Assembly (NCBI GenBank): GCA_963734545.1
Contig: CAVTHO010000008.1
Location: 128,001 to 192,000, forward strand
Direction: 5' to 3'
Origin: an uncultured Spirochaetota bacterium
GTDB taxonomy: Bacteria; Spirochaetota; Spirochaetia; SZUA-6; Fen-1364
Length of the DNA stretch: 64,000 nucleotides
Shown: in pieces, positions 40,302 through 53,922 of the stretch
Layout of the letters: every line of letters begins with the position of its first letter
Position numbering within the stretch: the stretch's first letter is position 1
Notes under the pieces: model-generated
Told to the model about the DNA's origin: nothing
Seen by the model: the letters and a program-made list of their open reading frames with translations, nothing else
Database searches by the model: none
Made by a program: the position numbers and the translations under genes

Positions 40302-41332
40302 CTAGCGCTGCACCCTGCCGGAACCGGATCCGCCCACCAACGCCTTCACTTCCGAAACGGAAAGCAGAGGCAGGTCGCCGCAGATCGAGTGCTTGAGGCA
40401 GGAGGCCGCGACGGCGAACTCCAGCGCCTCCCGCGGCGTGGCGAGATTGGTGAGCCCGTAGATGAGACCTGCAGCGAAGGTGTCCCCGGTGCCGACCCGG
40501 TCCACGATGTCCGCTATCTCGTAGCTGCGGGAGACGAGGAACTCCTTGCCCGTGTGCAGCACGGCCGACCAGCCATTGTCGTTCGCGGACCTGCTCTCCC
40601 GCAGGGTGATGGCAATCTGTTTCAGGGACGGATAGGTCGCGAGAACCTTCTCCGCGAGCTTTCTGTATTGCTCGGGCTGGAGCTTTCCGGATTCCACGTC
40701 GATGCCGAGGCTGATCCCGAGCGCCTTCTGGCAGTCCTCCTCGTTCGCGACTGCCACGTCCACGGACTTGATCGAGCTCACCCATCACCTCGGGCGCATT
40801 CTTGCCGTACTTCCAGAGATTCTTGCGATAGTTGAGGTCGCAGGATACGGTGAGCCCTTTCGTCTTTGCCGCGCGCACCGCCTCGAGGGAAAGCTCCGCG
40901 GCGCTCTGCGAGATTGCCGGCGTGATTCCGGTGATGTGGAACCATGACGCGCCCTTGAACGTGGCGTCCCAGTCGATGTCTCCCGCGCCGGGCCTCCGCG
41001 ATGGCAGACCCCGCTCGGTCATAGATGACCACCGAGGGCCGCTGGTTGGCGCCCTGCTCCAGGAAGTAGATCCCGAGCCTGCTCCCCTTGCGGACCGCCA
41101 GGGTGGTATCGATGCCGTGCCGGCGCAGCTCCGCCACGCACGCATCGCCGACGGCGTTCGTCGGAATCACCGACACGAACGCGCAGTCACAGCCGAACCG
41201 GGCCAGGGCCGTGGCCACGTTCGCTTCTCCGCCGCCAAAGGTCGCCTCCAGCAGGGGGCTCTGGAAGAAACGCTCCACCCCGGGCGGCTTCAGCCGGAGC
41301 ATGATCTCACCAAAGGTCACATACCTGGCCAT
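40302..41332 (-). CDS. kdgK: 2-keto-3-deoxygluconate kinase, PfkB family (frameshifted in assembly)
   Basis: [43 protein letters not shown]. Confidence 0.85.
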
Positions 41333-41352
41333 CGCAGCCCTCCTCCGATTTT

Positions 41353-42321
41353 TTATACGCTGTTGACGGGATACGCCGGCGCGCCGCCTGCCAGCACGGC
41401 GGCCACGTTCCGCGCGGCCTTGGTCTTCAGCTCCACCACCGACTCCTCGCTGTACCATCCCGCGTGGTCGGTGAAGATCACATTATCGAGCTTCCTCAGC
41501 AGGCTTTCACGGGGAACCGGCTCCTGCTCGAACACGTCCAGGCCCGCGCCTGCCAGGTGGCCATCGCGAAGCGACTCGGCCAGCGCCCGCTCGTCCAGCA
41601 CGTGTCCCCGGGAGGTGTTCACGAGTATGACGCCCCTCTTCATCATCGCGAGCTCTCGGGCGCCGATGAGATGCCGTGTCTCGGGGGTGAGCGGAATGTG
41701 AAGGGATATGTAGTCGAGCCTCTGTCAGCAGGGTGGAAAGCGGGACGGGCACGGCGCCCGCTGCCCTGATCACGGAGGCCCGCACGTTCGGATCGCAGAC
41801 GAGCACCCGGGCAAACCCGAAGCCGAACACCTTGCGATGAAGACAGCGTCCCGCGTTTCCATAACCGATGATCCCCAGTGTCCGCCCTTCCATCCTGTAG
41901 CAGGGCTGGTCCTTGTGGAGGTTCCAGCGCCCTTCGCGCACCATCCGGTCCTTGTAGGGGATTTTTCTCACGCAGCCAAGAAGGAGGGCCAGGGCATGAT
42001 CAGCCACGTCCTCGAAGCAATAGTCGGGCACGCGCGCCACCCAGATGCCCTTGCGCGTGGCGGTCTCCACGTCCACGTTGTCGTAGCCGACCCCGTAGCG
42101 GGAGATCACCCTGCACTTCGGCAGCCCCTCGATGATGTCCGCGGTCATCGGAAAAAGGTTCACGAGGATGGCGTCCGCCGAAGCGAAGGCCTTCCGCGCC
42201 TGCGCGGCGGAAGAGGAGGCAAAGATTTCGATCCTCGGCGTCCACCTCGCGCAGGACCGCTTCTTCCTCGTGGTAGCTCGGCGTAGCGGTCGTCGGCAAT
42301 GACGACGGTGAACCTGCTCAT
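41353..42321 (-). CDS. D-isomer-specific 2-hydroxyacid dehydrogenase, CtBP-like (frameshifted in assembly)
   Basis: SRYGVGYDNVD, GIIGYGNAG, NTSRG, GLDVFEQEP, HAGWYSE. Confidence 0.88.
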
Positions 42322-42337
42322 GTCCGGCTCCCGCGCC

Positions 42338-43485
42338 TCATCCTTCCTCGAAGAGGGTCTGCGCCTTCCCCGATGACCTTGACCGGATAGCGGGTGATGT
42401 CGAACGGGTCCCCGTTCCAGCAGGAGAACGACGCCCATTTCCCCTTGTCGCAGGGTCCCGAGGAAGCCGTCCACGCCGAGGATCTGCGCGTTCCTGCGGC
42501 GTGACGATCTCGATGGCGTCCTGCCGGTTCAGGCCGCAGCGAAGGAACCAGCGCAGCGCGAGCAGCAGATTGCGCTGCGGGACGACGGGGTGGTCCGTCA
42601 TGAGCCCGAACTCCACGCCGCTCTCCAGCAGGTGGCGCACGTTGCGCCAGTTCTCGTGCCGCAGCTCCACCTTGTAGGCGAAGGCGTCCAGCGGTCCGAA
42701 CACGACGGGAATGCCGCGTTCCTTCAGGAGCGCATAGATGTGGCCGTCATTCACGTCGCAGGCGTGCTCGACGGTCACGCCGATGCCGAACTCCTCCTGC
42801 AGGCGCAGGAGGCTGGCGATGTCGTCGATCTTGTGCACGTGGACGCGCAGGCCCTGCTTCGGCAGCAGGATGTCGCGGACGACCTCTTCCTCCGCGCGTG
42901 AGGGGCATCCGCCGCGGCCTTCGCCCCCTTGCGGGCCTTCTCCATCTTGTCCTTCACCTGGGCAAGCCGCGCGCGGAGAAGGGAGAGGGCGCCCATGCGG
43001 GTGTGCGGCCGGGTCCCTTTCCAGTCACGCGTGGACATGGGGTTGTAGCCGAAGGCCGCCTTGATTCCGGCCCGCGCAATCAGGGCCTCGCTGGTGCGTG
43101 CGGCGCATAGTTGCGGATGATGGCGGAGCGGCCGCCGACGATGTTGCCGCTGCCCGGCAGGACGCAGGAGTACAGCACGCCCAGCTCCACCGAGTCGCGG
43201 AATGCGCTGTCGTCCATCTGGACCGAATCCAGCGCGTCGGCCAGGAACAGGAGCGAGTCCATGTGCTCGTTCGCCTCTCCCTCGCTCCCCGGCTCCCCGG
43301 CGCGTTCCATGCCGATGTGGCAGTGCGCATCGATGAATGCGGGGGTGACCACGGAGAACTTCCCGAGGAACTCGCCCTTCGACCTCCTTGGAGACGCCCT
43401 TCACCAGCTTTCCCTCGAACACGAGATGGACGTTCCTGACGACCTCGTCCCCGGTGTACAGGGTCTCGGCGAAAACGGATTTCAC
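42338..43485 (-). CDS. Metal-dependent amidohydrolase (frameshifted in assembly)
   Basis: PAFIDAHCHIG, LPGSGNIVGG, KAAFGYNP, HVH, TDHPV. Confidence 0.85.
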
Positions 43486-43614
43486 GCGGCTCTCTCCTTT
43501 GTCGGAAAATGGTTGCGCTCCAGGGTCCTGCATGCGCGGGGAGTATAGCGATTTGCGCGGGTTTGACCAAGACGGGGCATTCCGTTACACCATCTGCGGG
43601 AGAGGACAAGCGGC

Positions 43615-44761
43615 ATGCAGGACAATGTGACCATCGAGACGGTGGAATCATCCCGGGGGCGCGCGGGGCGCGCGTTCGTCGACTTCCCGCACCGTCTGTA
43701 TCGCGGGTGCGCCCAATGGGTCCCGCAGTTCCGCCGTGACATCCGCATGGTCCTCGATCACGGCATCCCTTCTTCGAGCGGGGACGGGCGCAATTCTTCG
43801 TGGCGCGGAGGGGAGACCAGGCGGTCGGCACCATCTGCGCCATCGAGAATGTCGCCTACAACGAGTTCCACGGATCGAAAAGGGGACACTTCCACTTCTT
43901 CGACTGCGTCGACGACCGGGAGGTCTCTCACGCCCTGTTCGAGGCGGCCTTCGCCTGGCTGCGCGGCAGGGGAATGGAGGAGGTCGTCGGGCCCGTTCGG
44001 GTTCGGCTTCATGGGCATGGGCGCGCTGGTGGACGGATTCGAGCATCGCGCGGTCATGACCATGATGGCCTACAACCATCCGTACTACGGTCCGGCGATC
44101 GAGGCGGAGGGATTCGTCAAGCACAAGGACCAGCTCTCCATGTTCATCGACGCAAAGGCGTTCCGCCTGCCGGACAAGGTCCGGCGCGTCGCGGAGATTG
44201 CCATGAAGCGGGGCAGCTTCGAGGTGCCGGAGTTCCGGTCCAAGCGGGACCTTGTGCGCCGGGCGCAGGACATCGGCCGGGTCTACAACGAATCCTTCCA
44301 ATCCCACGGGGACGAGTTCTAGTCCGTTCAGCGAGCGGGAGATCCGCCAGATCACGTCGGACCTGGTGACGGTGGCCGATCCGTCGCTGATCAAGCTCCT
44401 TCTCTGCAAGGGGGAAATCGCCGGCTTCCTCTTCGGGTTTCCCGATCTGTCGGCGGCGCTGCAGCGTTCCCGGGGAAGGATCACCCCGTGGAGCATCGTG
44501 GATCTCCTGCTCGAATACGGTCGCACGCGGTGGCTCATCGTCAATGGGGCAGGCATCCTTCCCCGGTACCAGAGGCTGGGCGGAAACGCGCTTCTGTACT
44601 CGATGCTGGAAAAGATTGCCTCCCGCAAGCGGTTTCTCTACGTGGACGCGGTGCAGATTGCGGAGACCACGGAGCTGATGCTCTCCGATCTGAAGACGCT
44701 GGGGGGCAGGGTGTACAAGATCCACCGCATCTACCGCGATCTGCCGCGCGGGTTCAATTGA
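43615..44761 (+). CDS. YghO-like GNAT-fold protein (frameshifted in assembly)
   Basis: FVDFPHRLY..WVP, GHFHFFDC, YNHPYY, FPDLS, GILPRYQRLG. Confidence 0.7.
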
Positions 44762-44798
44762 CAACCAACCCGCTCATCGGCCACAATGAATATCCGCC

Positions 44799-45713
44799 AT
44801 GCTGAAAGATGTGCTGAACAAGAGCAAGTACGCGGGAATCATCGACCGGATGATCGCGAACTCCACGGGCGCGCCGCTCGTCACGGAAGACAAACGTCTA
44901 CCAGGAGGGCAGGCCGGCAAACAAGCCGCTCTTGCAGGAGATCGTGCAGGACCTCCTGCTTCCGGGCAGCAGGATCATCGGGCGCGAGAACCTGCTGGAG
45001 CTTCACCGCCTGGCCATGCGAAAGAAGCCCTGCCTCATCCTCATGGAGCACTACAGCAATTTCGATATCCCCTGCATCTACGAGCTGCTGGACCGGTGCG
45101 GGGGTGCCTACCGTGACGTGGCGGACTCCATCGTGTTCGTTGGCGGGCGTGAAGCTGAATGAGGAGAGCAAGCTCGTCCTGGCGTTCACGGAGGTGTTCA
45201 CACGGGTCGTGCTCTACCCTTCGCGCGGCATCGAGGCCATTGCCAGGATGCCAGAGAGAGCGCCACGATGCAGAGAAGCGGCGCGCGCGCATCAATATCG
45301 CCGCGATGAAGCGGCTCGTAAACGCTGCGCAAGGAAGGCAAGATTATCCTCGTTTTCCCTTCCGGGACCCGCTACCGGCCCTGGGACCCTTCCACGGCGC
45401 GCGGCCTCAAGGAGATCGACACGTACCTGAAGTTCTACTCCCACATGGTGCTGGTGGCCGTGAATGGGAACACGCTCCTTCCCAATCCCGCAGGGCACAA
45501 TGGACGAGGACTTCCCGACCAAGGACGTGATGATCTACACGGTGAGCCCGGTGCGGAAATGCTCCGAGTTCCGCCGACGAGCGCTGAAAGGCCGGGAGCA
45601 CGACGAGGACCCCAAGCAGCATCGTCGCGGACAGCGTGATGGCGGCCCTGGCTGAGCTTCACGCGCGCACGGAAAAGGCCCGGGCAGCGCCTCCTCATGG
45701 AAAGGGAGCATGA
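44799..45713 (+). CDS. Glycerol-3-phosphate acyltransferase, plastid/spirochete type (frameshifted in assembly)
   Basis: EHYSNFD (HX4D), FPSGTRYRP, GLKEID. Confidence 0.75.
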
Positions 45714-46561
45714 GCGGGGCAGCTCAGGCCGGACGCGGCGGGCGCCGCGCGCCCCGCGCCGCTCGGCGCCCTGCCGGCCAGGCTCTGCCGTGATCTCTCA
45801 CTCCTCTTCACGGACATCGACGACACTCTCACGACGAACGGCATGCTTCCCGAATCCTCCTACGGGGCGCTCTGGGACCTGGCGCGTGCCGGCATCCGTG
45901 TCGTGCCCGTCACGGGCAGACCGGCGGGGTGGTGCGACCATATTGCGCGCATGTGGCCGGTGGCCGGGGTGGTGGGAGAAAACGGCGCCTTCTACTATGC
46001 CTACGACCGGAAGCGCCGCACCATGACCCGCCGACAGATCCCGGCAGAGCCCGGGTCTGCATCAGCGACGGGAAAAGCTGCAGCGCGCTGCGGCCCGGGT
46101 GCTTCGGGAAGTGCCGGGAACGGCGATGGCGGCTGACCAGGCTTTCCGCGTGAGCGACTATGCCATCGACTACTGCGAGGACGTGCCTCCGCTTTCCCCG
46201 CAGAGCGTGGACGAAATCTGCCGCATCCTCTCCGAGGAAGGGGTGCACTTCAAGGTTTCGAGCATTCACGTGAACTTCTGGCTCGGAAGCTTCGACAAGC
46301 TCTCCGGAGTCCGATTGTTTCTCTCCGGCGAGGCCATCGGGGCGCTGGAGGACCTGGCGGAACAAATCCTCTTCATCGGTGATTCACCCAACGACGAGCC
46401 GCTGTTCGCCGGCTTTGCCCACAGCATCGCGGTGGGCAATCTTCGCCGGTTTCTTGCCAAGGCTCGCCCACAGGCCCGAGTTCCTCACGGAGAGGGATTC
46501 GGCTGAGGGCTTCCGGGAAGCGGCGGACGCCATACTCTCCCGGAGGGCGCGTCCTCAGTAG
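45710..46561 (+). CDS. HAD-IIB family hydrolase (frameshifted in assembly)
   Basis: TDIDDTLT, VTGRPAGW, ENGA, SSIHVN, GDSPND. Confidence 0.85.
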
Positions 46562-47464
46562 GACAGCTCGTCGAGGCTGCACTCCATCACCTGCGTGACG
46601 GGCGTGAAGCCCACGGACTGGAAGAAATCGGAGGAGCGCAGGGACCTGCCCATGAGCTCGATGGTCAGGCGCCGCATGCCCCGTGCGCGCATCTCCGTGA
46701 GGAACTTCCTGCAGCAGCGCCTCGCCGAGACCGATGCCGCGCAGATCCGGCGTGACGGCAAGCTGCACGATGTGCACGGAGGTGCCGTCGATGATGCCCC
46801 AGGCAAAGCCGGCGAGCTCTCCCGACGGTGTCTCGGCGTACGGAGTATCGGGCGACGCCGTCACTCCCGGCCGGAGGCATGCCCCGCCTCTTCTCGGCGA
46901 ATCGCTCTTCCAGCCGCTCGGGGCGCTCGTCCGGGAAGAGCTCGAAGAAAGCATCCCTGTCCAGCCGAAGCACCTCCTCCGCATGCTCCCCCGGCCCCCA
47001 GGCGAAGGAGAAGTCGCTCATCACGAGCTCCTCGGTCTCCTCGGGCTCGGCGGGGAGCTTCGCGAGGCCGCGCGCCTCGCGGTTGGCGTTGTACCAGCTC
47101 ACGATGACCGCGCGAAGCCGCTGCTCCTTGTAGGCGAACCAGAGCTTCTCGATCTCCTTGTTCTGCTTCAGCGCATCCTTGAAGGCGCGGAAGACCCCCT
47201 TGCCCATGGTCAGGGCCCGGGAGAGCTGTTCCCGGTAGGCGGGGTTGTCCAGGGAGGTCACGAAGCTCTCCATGAGGTGGAAGCCTTCCGCCGAGCCCCA
47301 CCGCGGCAGCCGCGACGTACCTCTCTTCGGCATGACGGCTCACCCAGTGTGGAGAGGGGGACGAGCTCTCCCGATGTCGACGTCCGACCGCGAACTGCTC
47401 CTTCTGGTCCTCCATCGCGAAGCGCGATCTTGTCGATCATCTGCGGGGTGAGCTCGAAGTTCAT
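46555..47464 (-). CDS. UPF0158 domain plus GNAT acetyltransferase (frameshifted in assembly)
   Basis: LPRWGSAEGFHLMESF, GKGVFRAFKD, AVTPDLRGIGLG. Confidence 0.75.
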
Positions 47465-47491
47465 GGCTCGAGTGTAGATCATGCCTCATGA

Positions 47492-48909
<1,418 letters not shown>

Positions 48910-48926
48910 CTGGCAAGGTGATTCAA

Positions 48927-48974
48927 GGGCCGCCCTTGCGCGGAACTCCGCGCAGTGAGGCGGCCTTTTTGTTT
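48927..48974 (+). terminator. Intrinsic terminator after eno
   Basis: GGCCGCC..TGCGCGGA-ac-TCCGCGCA..GGCGGCC followed by TTTTTGTTT. Confidence 0.75.
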
Positions 48975-48978
48975 CAGA

Positions 48979-49737
48979 TCAGCCCTGCGCGACCTTGTTG
49001 CGCAGCGTGCCGATTCCCTCGATCTCCACTTCCACCTCGTCTCCGGCGTGCAGCTCCGCGGGCTCTCCCGAGGTGCCGGTGAAGATCAGGTCTCCCGGTT
49101 CCAGGGTGACCGAGCGCGCGATCCACGAAATGAGGGCGGGAATATCGAAGATGAGGTCACGCGGGCTGCAGCGCTGCACTTCGCTCCCATTGATCCGGGC
49201 GGTGATGGAAGCGGTCATTGGATCGAGGTCCGTGGCGATCCACGGCCCGATGGGCGCGAACGTGTCGGACGACTTCGCCCGCCACCAGTTCAGATCGCTT
49301 TTCTGCCATGCGCGCGCGCTCACGTCGTTGCCGCAGGTGTAGCCCAGGACGTAGCGCATCGCCTGGTCGGGGGTCACTCCCCGGCATCGTTTTCCCATCA
49401 CCACGACGAGCTCGGCTTCCTCGTCCACCCTGCCCTGGTCCCGGGGCAGCACGATCGTCTCCCCCGGATCGATCACGGCACTGGGAACCTTGAGGAAGAT
49501 CTGGGGCTCGCGAGGGGGCTCGGCGCCGTGCAGATGGTCTCGGTAGTTGTTCGCCAGCCCGAAGATTTTCGACGGCCGGCACGGGGCGAGGAGCCTGACG
49601 CCGTCCAACGCGTGCGCGGCGCCGGGACGGCCGGGGTCGCTGAACGGCGTGCCATAGATCTCCCGCACGTAACGGGTGCCCTCTTCCAGGACACCGAAGG
49701 CGATGCGTCCCCCGAGCTCGAAACGGGCGTACTTCAT
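48979..49737 (-). CDS. Fumarylacetoacetate hydrolase family protein
   Basis: [40 protein letters not shown]. Confidence 0.92.
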   Translation of the reverse strand: MKYARFELGGRIAFGVLEEGTRYVREIYGTPFSDPGRPGAAHALDGVRLLAPCRPSKIFGLANNYRDHLHGAEPPREPQIFLKVPSAVIDPGETIVLPRDQGRVDEEAELVVVMGKRCRGVTPDQAMRYVLGYTCGNDVSARAWQKSDLNWWRAKSSDTFAPIGPWIATDLDPMTASITARINGSEVQRCSPRDLIFDIPALISWIARSVTLEPGDLIFTGTSGEPAELHAGDEVEVEIEGIGTLRNKVAQG

Positions 49738-49762
49738 TCTGTCCTCGCCGCGAGATCCTTTC

Positions 49763-50041
49763 TCAGAGACTGGGCCCGGTCTGGAAGAGGCTGCTGAACG
49801 CGGACCCCGCGAAGTTCATTCCGACGATGGTGGCCACGCCGAGGATCCAGAGCAGGACGGCGAAGATCTTCAGGCACGCGGAGAGGACCTTCAGCAGCGT
49901 GTACGAGCTGCCCTGGTCCGCATTCTTGCGCGTGTTGATCGCAATCTCCCGCCATGCGAGCGGTGTATCCGAAGCTGCCCAGACCATTATCCCTACGAGG
50001 ACGAAAAGGATGAAAAGGAACTGCGAGACCAGGAAAATCAT
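49763..50041 (-). CDS. Small two-TM membrane protein
   Basis: RBS GGAGGTG; MIFLVSQFLF...REIAINTRK... Confidence 0.65.
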   Translation of the reverse strand: MIFLVSQFLFILFVLVGIMVWAASDTPLAWREIAINTRKNADQGSSYTLLKVLSACLKIFAVLLWILGVATIVGMNFAGSAFSSLFQTGPSL

Positions 50042-50206
50042 TCTTTCACCTCCGGTATTCGCCAGACTCCTCAAAGTCTAATGCCCGGAGGGCTCCTGTC
50101 AAGGCGACATTCCCTGCGCGGAGCGGAGTGCCGCTTCCCCACGGCCTTTCCCCCGTGGTAGAATATGCCGATATTAATAGTAGGAACCGGGAGGGGAAGG
50201 AGCGCT

Positions 50207-50344
50207 GTGATCTATCTCATTTATAAAGACGGTGAGATCCTGGTCGAAACCGACGACATCGAGTTCGTGAAGAGCTACGTGAGCAAGAACGAGGAGTGCT
50301 CCGTGCGCGACGCGCGCACGGGAAAGAAAATCCCCCTCGAATAG
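50207..50344 (+). CDS. Small protein (45 aa), below the ORF-track cutoff
   Basis: RBS GAAGGAG, GTG start; MIYLIYKDGEILVETDDIEFVKSYVSKNEECSVRDARTGKKIPLE; G/C-ending codons. Confidence 0.7.
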   Translation: MIYLIYKDGEILVETDDIEFVKSYVSKNEECSVRDARTGKKIPLE

Positions 50345-50393
50345 GCCGCCTGCAGCCTTTTTGTCCGCGCGATCATCGCCGGACCGTCTGCTG

Positions 50394-51098
50394 CTACTTT
50401 CTGTACTCGATGTCCTGTTCCGAGCTCCCGATGAGAAGCTCGGGAGTGTTCCTGGTGAAAAGCCCGTTTTCCAGCACGCCGGGGATCAGCTTCAGCTCGT
50501 CTTCCATCCGGCGCGGGTCAAAGTCACCCCTGAACGTCACGTCCAGAAGCAGGTTGCCCAGGTCAGTCACCACGGGGCCCGCCTTCCGCACCGCCATCCG
50601 AATGGCTGCCTCCCCGCCCATCTCCCGGATCCTGCGGATCACCGGGGTCGCCGCGTTCGCGACGACCTCCAGGGGAATGGGGAAATGGTCGCACAGCCGC
50701 GCGCTGAGCTTTGCCGACTCCGCGATGATGAGGAGCCGACGGGACGCATAGGCGACTATCTTCTCCTGGAGCATGGCGCCGCCGCCGCCCTTGATCATGT
50801 TGCGCGCCGGATCTATCTCATCAGCGCCGTCGATGGTGAGATCGAGCGTGCAGTCGATGGCCGCGTCATTGAGGGTGAAGACGGGAATGCCGAGCGCGCG
50901 CGCCTCCAGCTCGGTCTGGAGGCTCGTGACGACCGCCCGGATGCCCCGCAGGCTCCCCTCCGCGAGGCGGGCGGCCACCCGGCGGGCGGCCCAGATGGCC
51001 GTCGAGCCGGTTCCCAGACCCAGGCGCATGCCGTCCTGCACGAATCGGTCCACGGCCTGAGTCCCGAGCGTCTTCTTGATGTCCGCGCTGTCCCCCAT
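50394..51098 (-). CDS. rpiA: Ribose-5-phosphate isomerase A
   Basis: GLGTGST, DGADEID, IKGGGG..LQEKIVA, VTDLGN. Confidence 0.95.
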   Translation of the reverse strand: MGDSADIKKTLGTQAVDRFVQDGMRLGLGTGSTAIWAARRVAARLAEGSLRGIRAVVTSLQTELEARALGIPVFTLNDAAIDCTLDLTIDGADEIDPARNMIKGGGGAMLQEKIVAYASRRLLIIAESAKLSARLCDHFPIPLEVVANAATPVIRRIREMGGEAAIRMAVRKAGPVVTDLGNLLLDVTFRGDFDPRRMEDELKLIPGVLENGLFTRNTPELLIGSSEQDIEYRK

Positions 51099-51139
51099 GC
51101 TCACCTTCCGTTTGCAAACACTCCGAAGCAACGTATACT

Positions 51140-52292
51140 ATGAACAGAGGCGCGCGTACAGTGGAGCCCGATTCCATACTTTCGCAGGTTTCCTTCACCG
51201 AGTTTCTCGACCAGGTGCAGGACGGCCTCTATATCGTCGATTCGAGCCGGCGGATCGTGTTCTGGAACCGGGCGGCGGAGGAGCTGACCGGCTTCGCCGC
51301 GGCCGAGATCGTCGGCAGGAGCTGCTTCGACCCGAAAGTGCTCGATCACCGGACGATTCTCGGCGAGAGCCTGTGCACGGACGATACGTGTCCCATTCTT
51401 CGCTGCATGACCACGGATGCCGGGGGAACGGTGCCGCAGCTCATTCTCATCAAGACAGCCTCCGGACGGCCTCTGCCCTCTCAGCTCAGCGTCGGCCCGC
51501 TGCACGGCCGGGACGGCGCGGGCATCGGGGCCATCGCGCTTTTTCGCAGCATGCGCGAGGAGTACCAGCAGCGGAAGCTCGCGGTGGAAATCCAGAAGCA
51601 CATGATCACGCAGAAGGGCTTCGCGAGGAACGGGGTGCGGGTGGATACGGTCTACGCGCCGGTGGATGAGATCGGCGGGGATTTCCTGGAAGCTTTCTTC
51701 CTCGACGAGCAGCACCCTCATTGCCACCATCGCGGACGCGACAGGGCATGGCATCTCCGCCTCTCTTTTCACAATGGTCTACAAGACGCTCCTGCATTCC
51801 GCCTTCGGCCGTCACCACGATCCCGCGCGGGTCCTGGCCGGTGTGAACCGGGAATTCCTGAAGACCGCGGAGGTGGACGGGTTCTACATCGGCGCATGCC
51901 TGGTGAGCTACGACACGGTATCCCGCACAGGGAGCTACGCGGCCGCAGGCCATCCCCGGGGGCTCATCTTCTCCCGTGAGGGAGAGAAGCGCACGCTGAG
52001 GGAAAGCCTCGCCGTGCAGTCTCTCATGCTCGGAATGGACGCGGAAGCCCGCTACAGCGGGATCTCCTTCGGCCTTTCCCCCGGGGAGCTTCTTTTCATA
52101 TGCTCGGACGGGATCCTCGAGGCCCCGTGCGCCAATGGCAGGCAGTTCGGAGTGGAGGGCGTGGAGGAGTTCTTTGCGTGCTACACGGGAGACAACCCGC
52201 TCGAGGACCTGCTGGCCGAGGTACGCCGCAGCAGCACATTCCATCCGCTCGGCGACGACGTGAGCGCCATCCTGGTGACGCCGGCGCCGTGA
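51140..52292 (+). CDS. PAS plus PP2C (SpoIIE/RsbU-type) phosphatase (frameshift near 51715)
   Basis: IVFWNRAAEELTG, IGGDF, IADATGHG, AAGHP, SDGILE, DDVS. Confidence 0.88.
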
Positions 52293-52306
52293 CAGGGGCC
52301 CTCATG

Positions 52307-52323
52307 CCACGGAATACCGCGGC
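52307..52323 (-). repeat. Degenerate REP-like palindrome
   Basis: CCACGGAATACCGCGGC. Confidence 0.5.
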
Positions 52324-52415
52324 CATGGCACCCCATGGCATTCGTGGCGCGCCGCCGCGGGCCGGCCTGCCCACTTGCACGTCTTGCGCGATTTTTCTAT
52401 AGTGGCGCACTTTAT

Positions 52416-53120
52416 ATGAGCAAAATGCCGATACACAGAGCGGTGAAGCCTCTCCTCATCGTCCTCCTCATTGTCACTTCTCCCTCCCTCTTCGCGGGCA
52501 CCCCGTCACCGTACCCCGTGGCGTTCGAGACCGAGCTCCAGGGATTCGCCTCGTGGTACGGTGGCAAGTTCCACGGACGCCTCACCTCCAGCGGGGAAGT
52601 CTTCGATACCAACGACATGACCGCCGCCCACAAGACGCTCCCGTTCGGGACCATCGTGAAGGTCACCAACGAGGACAATGGGAAGTCGACGCTCGTGAAG
52701 ATCAACGACAGGGGTCCATTCGTGGAAGGAAGGATCATCGACCTGTCGAGGGCCGCGGCGGAGCAACTGGACATGGTGGGCCAGGGCGTGGCGCGCGTTT
52801 CACTCGATATCGTGGATTTCGTCACCGACAAGGATCTCTACGCTGTCCAGGTGGGCGCCTACGCCCTGGAGAGAAACGCGGAAAAGGCGCGCGCGACTCT
52901 GGAAACCGCGGGTTTCGTCGTCACGGTCGAACGGAACGCCCTGGGAGTGGCGCGCGTGTCCGCGCGGGCCATCGCCGGCAAGGACCTCCCCGTCTGCCGG
53001 AAAAAACTGGAGGGGCTCGGTTTCTCGGGCTACCTCGTCAAGAAAGAAAAGACCGAGACCCCGCGTTTCTCCCGTATCAGCGCGGCAGGCTCTCCCACCG
53101 CCCTCGTGACTACTCCCTGA
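52416..53120 (+). CDS. rlpA: RlpA lytic transglycosylase with SPOR domain
   Basis: ASWYG, TAAHKTLPFGT, INDRGPF, IIDLS, VQVGAY. Confidence 0.93.
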   Translation: MSKMPIHRAVKPLLIVLLIVTSPSLFAGTPSPYPVAFETELQGFASWYGGKFHGRLTSSGEVFDTNDMTAAHKTLPFGTIVKVTNEDNGKSTLVKINDRGPFVEGRIIDLSRAAAEQLDMVGQGVARVSLDIVDFVTDKDLYAVQVGAYALERNAEKARATLETAGFVVTVERNALGVARVSARAIAGKDLPVCRKKLEGLGFSGYLVKKEKTETPRFSRISAAGSPTALVTTP

Positions 53121-53844
53121 CGTCCGTGTGCGCGCGGGTAATCGGCTTCCCGAAGAAGATCATGAAGATGATGTTGATGCCGGCAAAATAGCCGGCGCTC
53201 AGAAGCCCGTCTTTGAGAAGGCGCCTCGCCGAGGTCCTCATCAGCAGACGCATGCTGAAGCGCACGAGACCGACCCGGGAAAGCCGGATGGCGATATCGG
53301 TATCCTCGCCGTAAAAAGCGATGGCAGTGTTGAATCCGCCCACCTTCTCGAGCATGCGCCTCCGCACGACGAAGTTCCCACCCTGCGCGATCGCGCCCAA
53401 CCCGAGGATGCGCTGGCCGATGACATTGGGAAGGAACTGAAACATGTAGAAGAACATGGATCCTATCTGCGCGGGCTGGGGCATGTCGTAGTAGAAGAAC
53501 GGCCCCGAGAGAAGGGCAAGGCGCGGATTGTCGAAATGTGGCAGCACGCGGGAGATGTAGCCGCGAGGCATGAGGCAGTCCGCGTCCACGTTCATGATCA
53601 GCTCGCCGTGCGCTTCCCGGCAACCGGTGTCCCGGGCCCGGGAAAGCCCTTTGCGCGGCTCGTCCACCACTCTTACTCCGGGGAAGCCGGCCGCGATCTC
53701 CGCGGTGCGATCCGTGCTCGCATTGTTGACGACAATGATTTCCACGTCGTGCCCTGAGCGTGCCGCCTCCCTGCTGACGGCCCTCAGGCATGGCCCGATA
53801 TAGTTCTCCTCGTTGTACGCGGGGATCACCACGCTGAGCTTCAT
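53110..53844 (-). CDS. Glycosyltransferase family 2
   Basis: SVVIPAYNEE, NNASTD, VDAD, GEDTD. Confidence 0.9.
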   Translation of the reverse strand: MKLSVVIPAYNEENYIGPCLRAVSREAARSGHDVEIIVVNNASTDRTAEIAAGFPGVRVVDEPRKGLSRARDTGCREAHGELIMNVDADCLMPRGYISRVLPHFDNPRLALLSGPFFYYDMPQPAQIGSMFFYMFQFLPNVIGQRILGLGAIAQGGNFVVRRRMLEKVGGFNTAIAFYGEDTDIAIRLSRVGLVRFSMRLLMRTSARRLLKDGLLSAGYFAGINIIFMIFFGKPITRAHTDVRE

Positions 53845-53922
53845 GCGGGCTGAGTATATAAGCACGGCAGACTCATTGCAAAGCATCGCCTGGCTCTGTA
53901 TCTTTGACACTGAAGGAAACAT

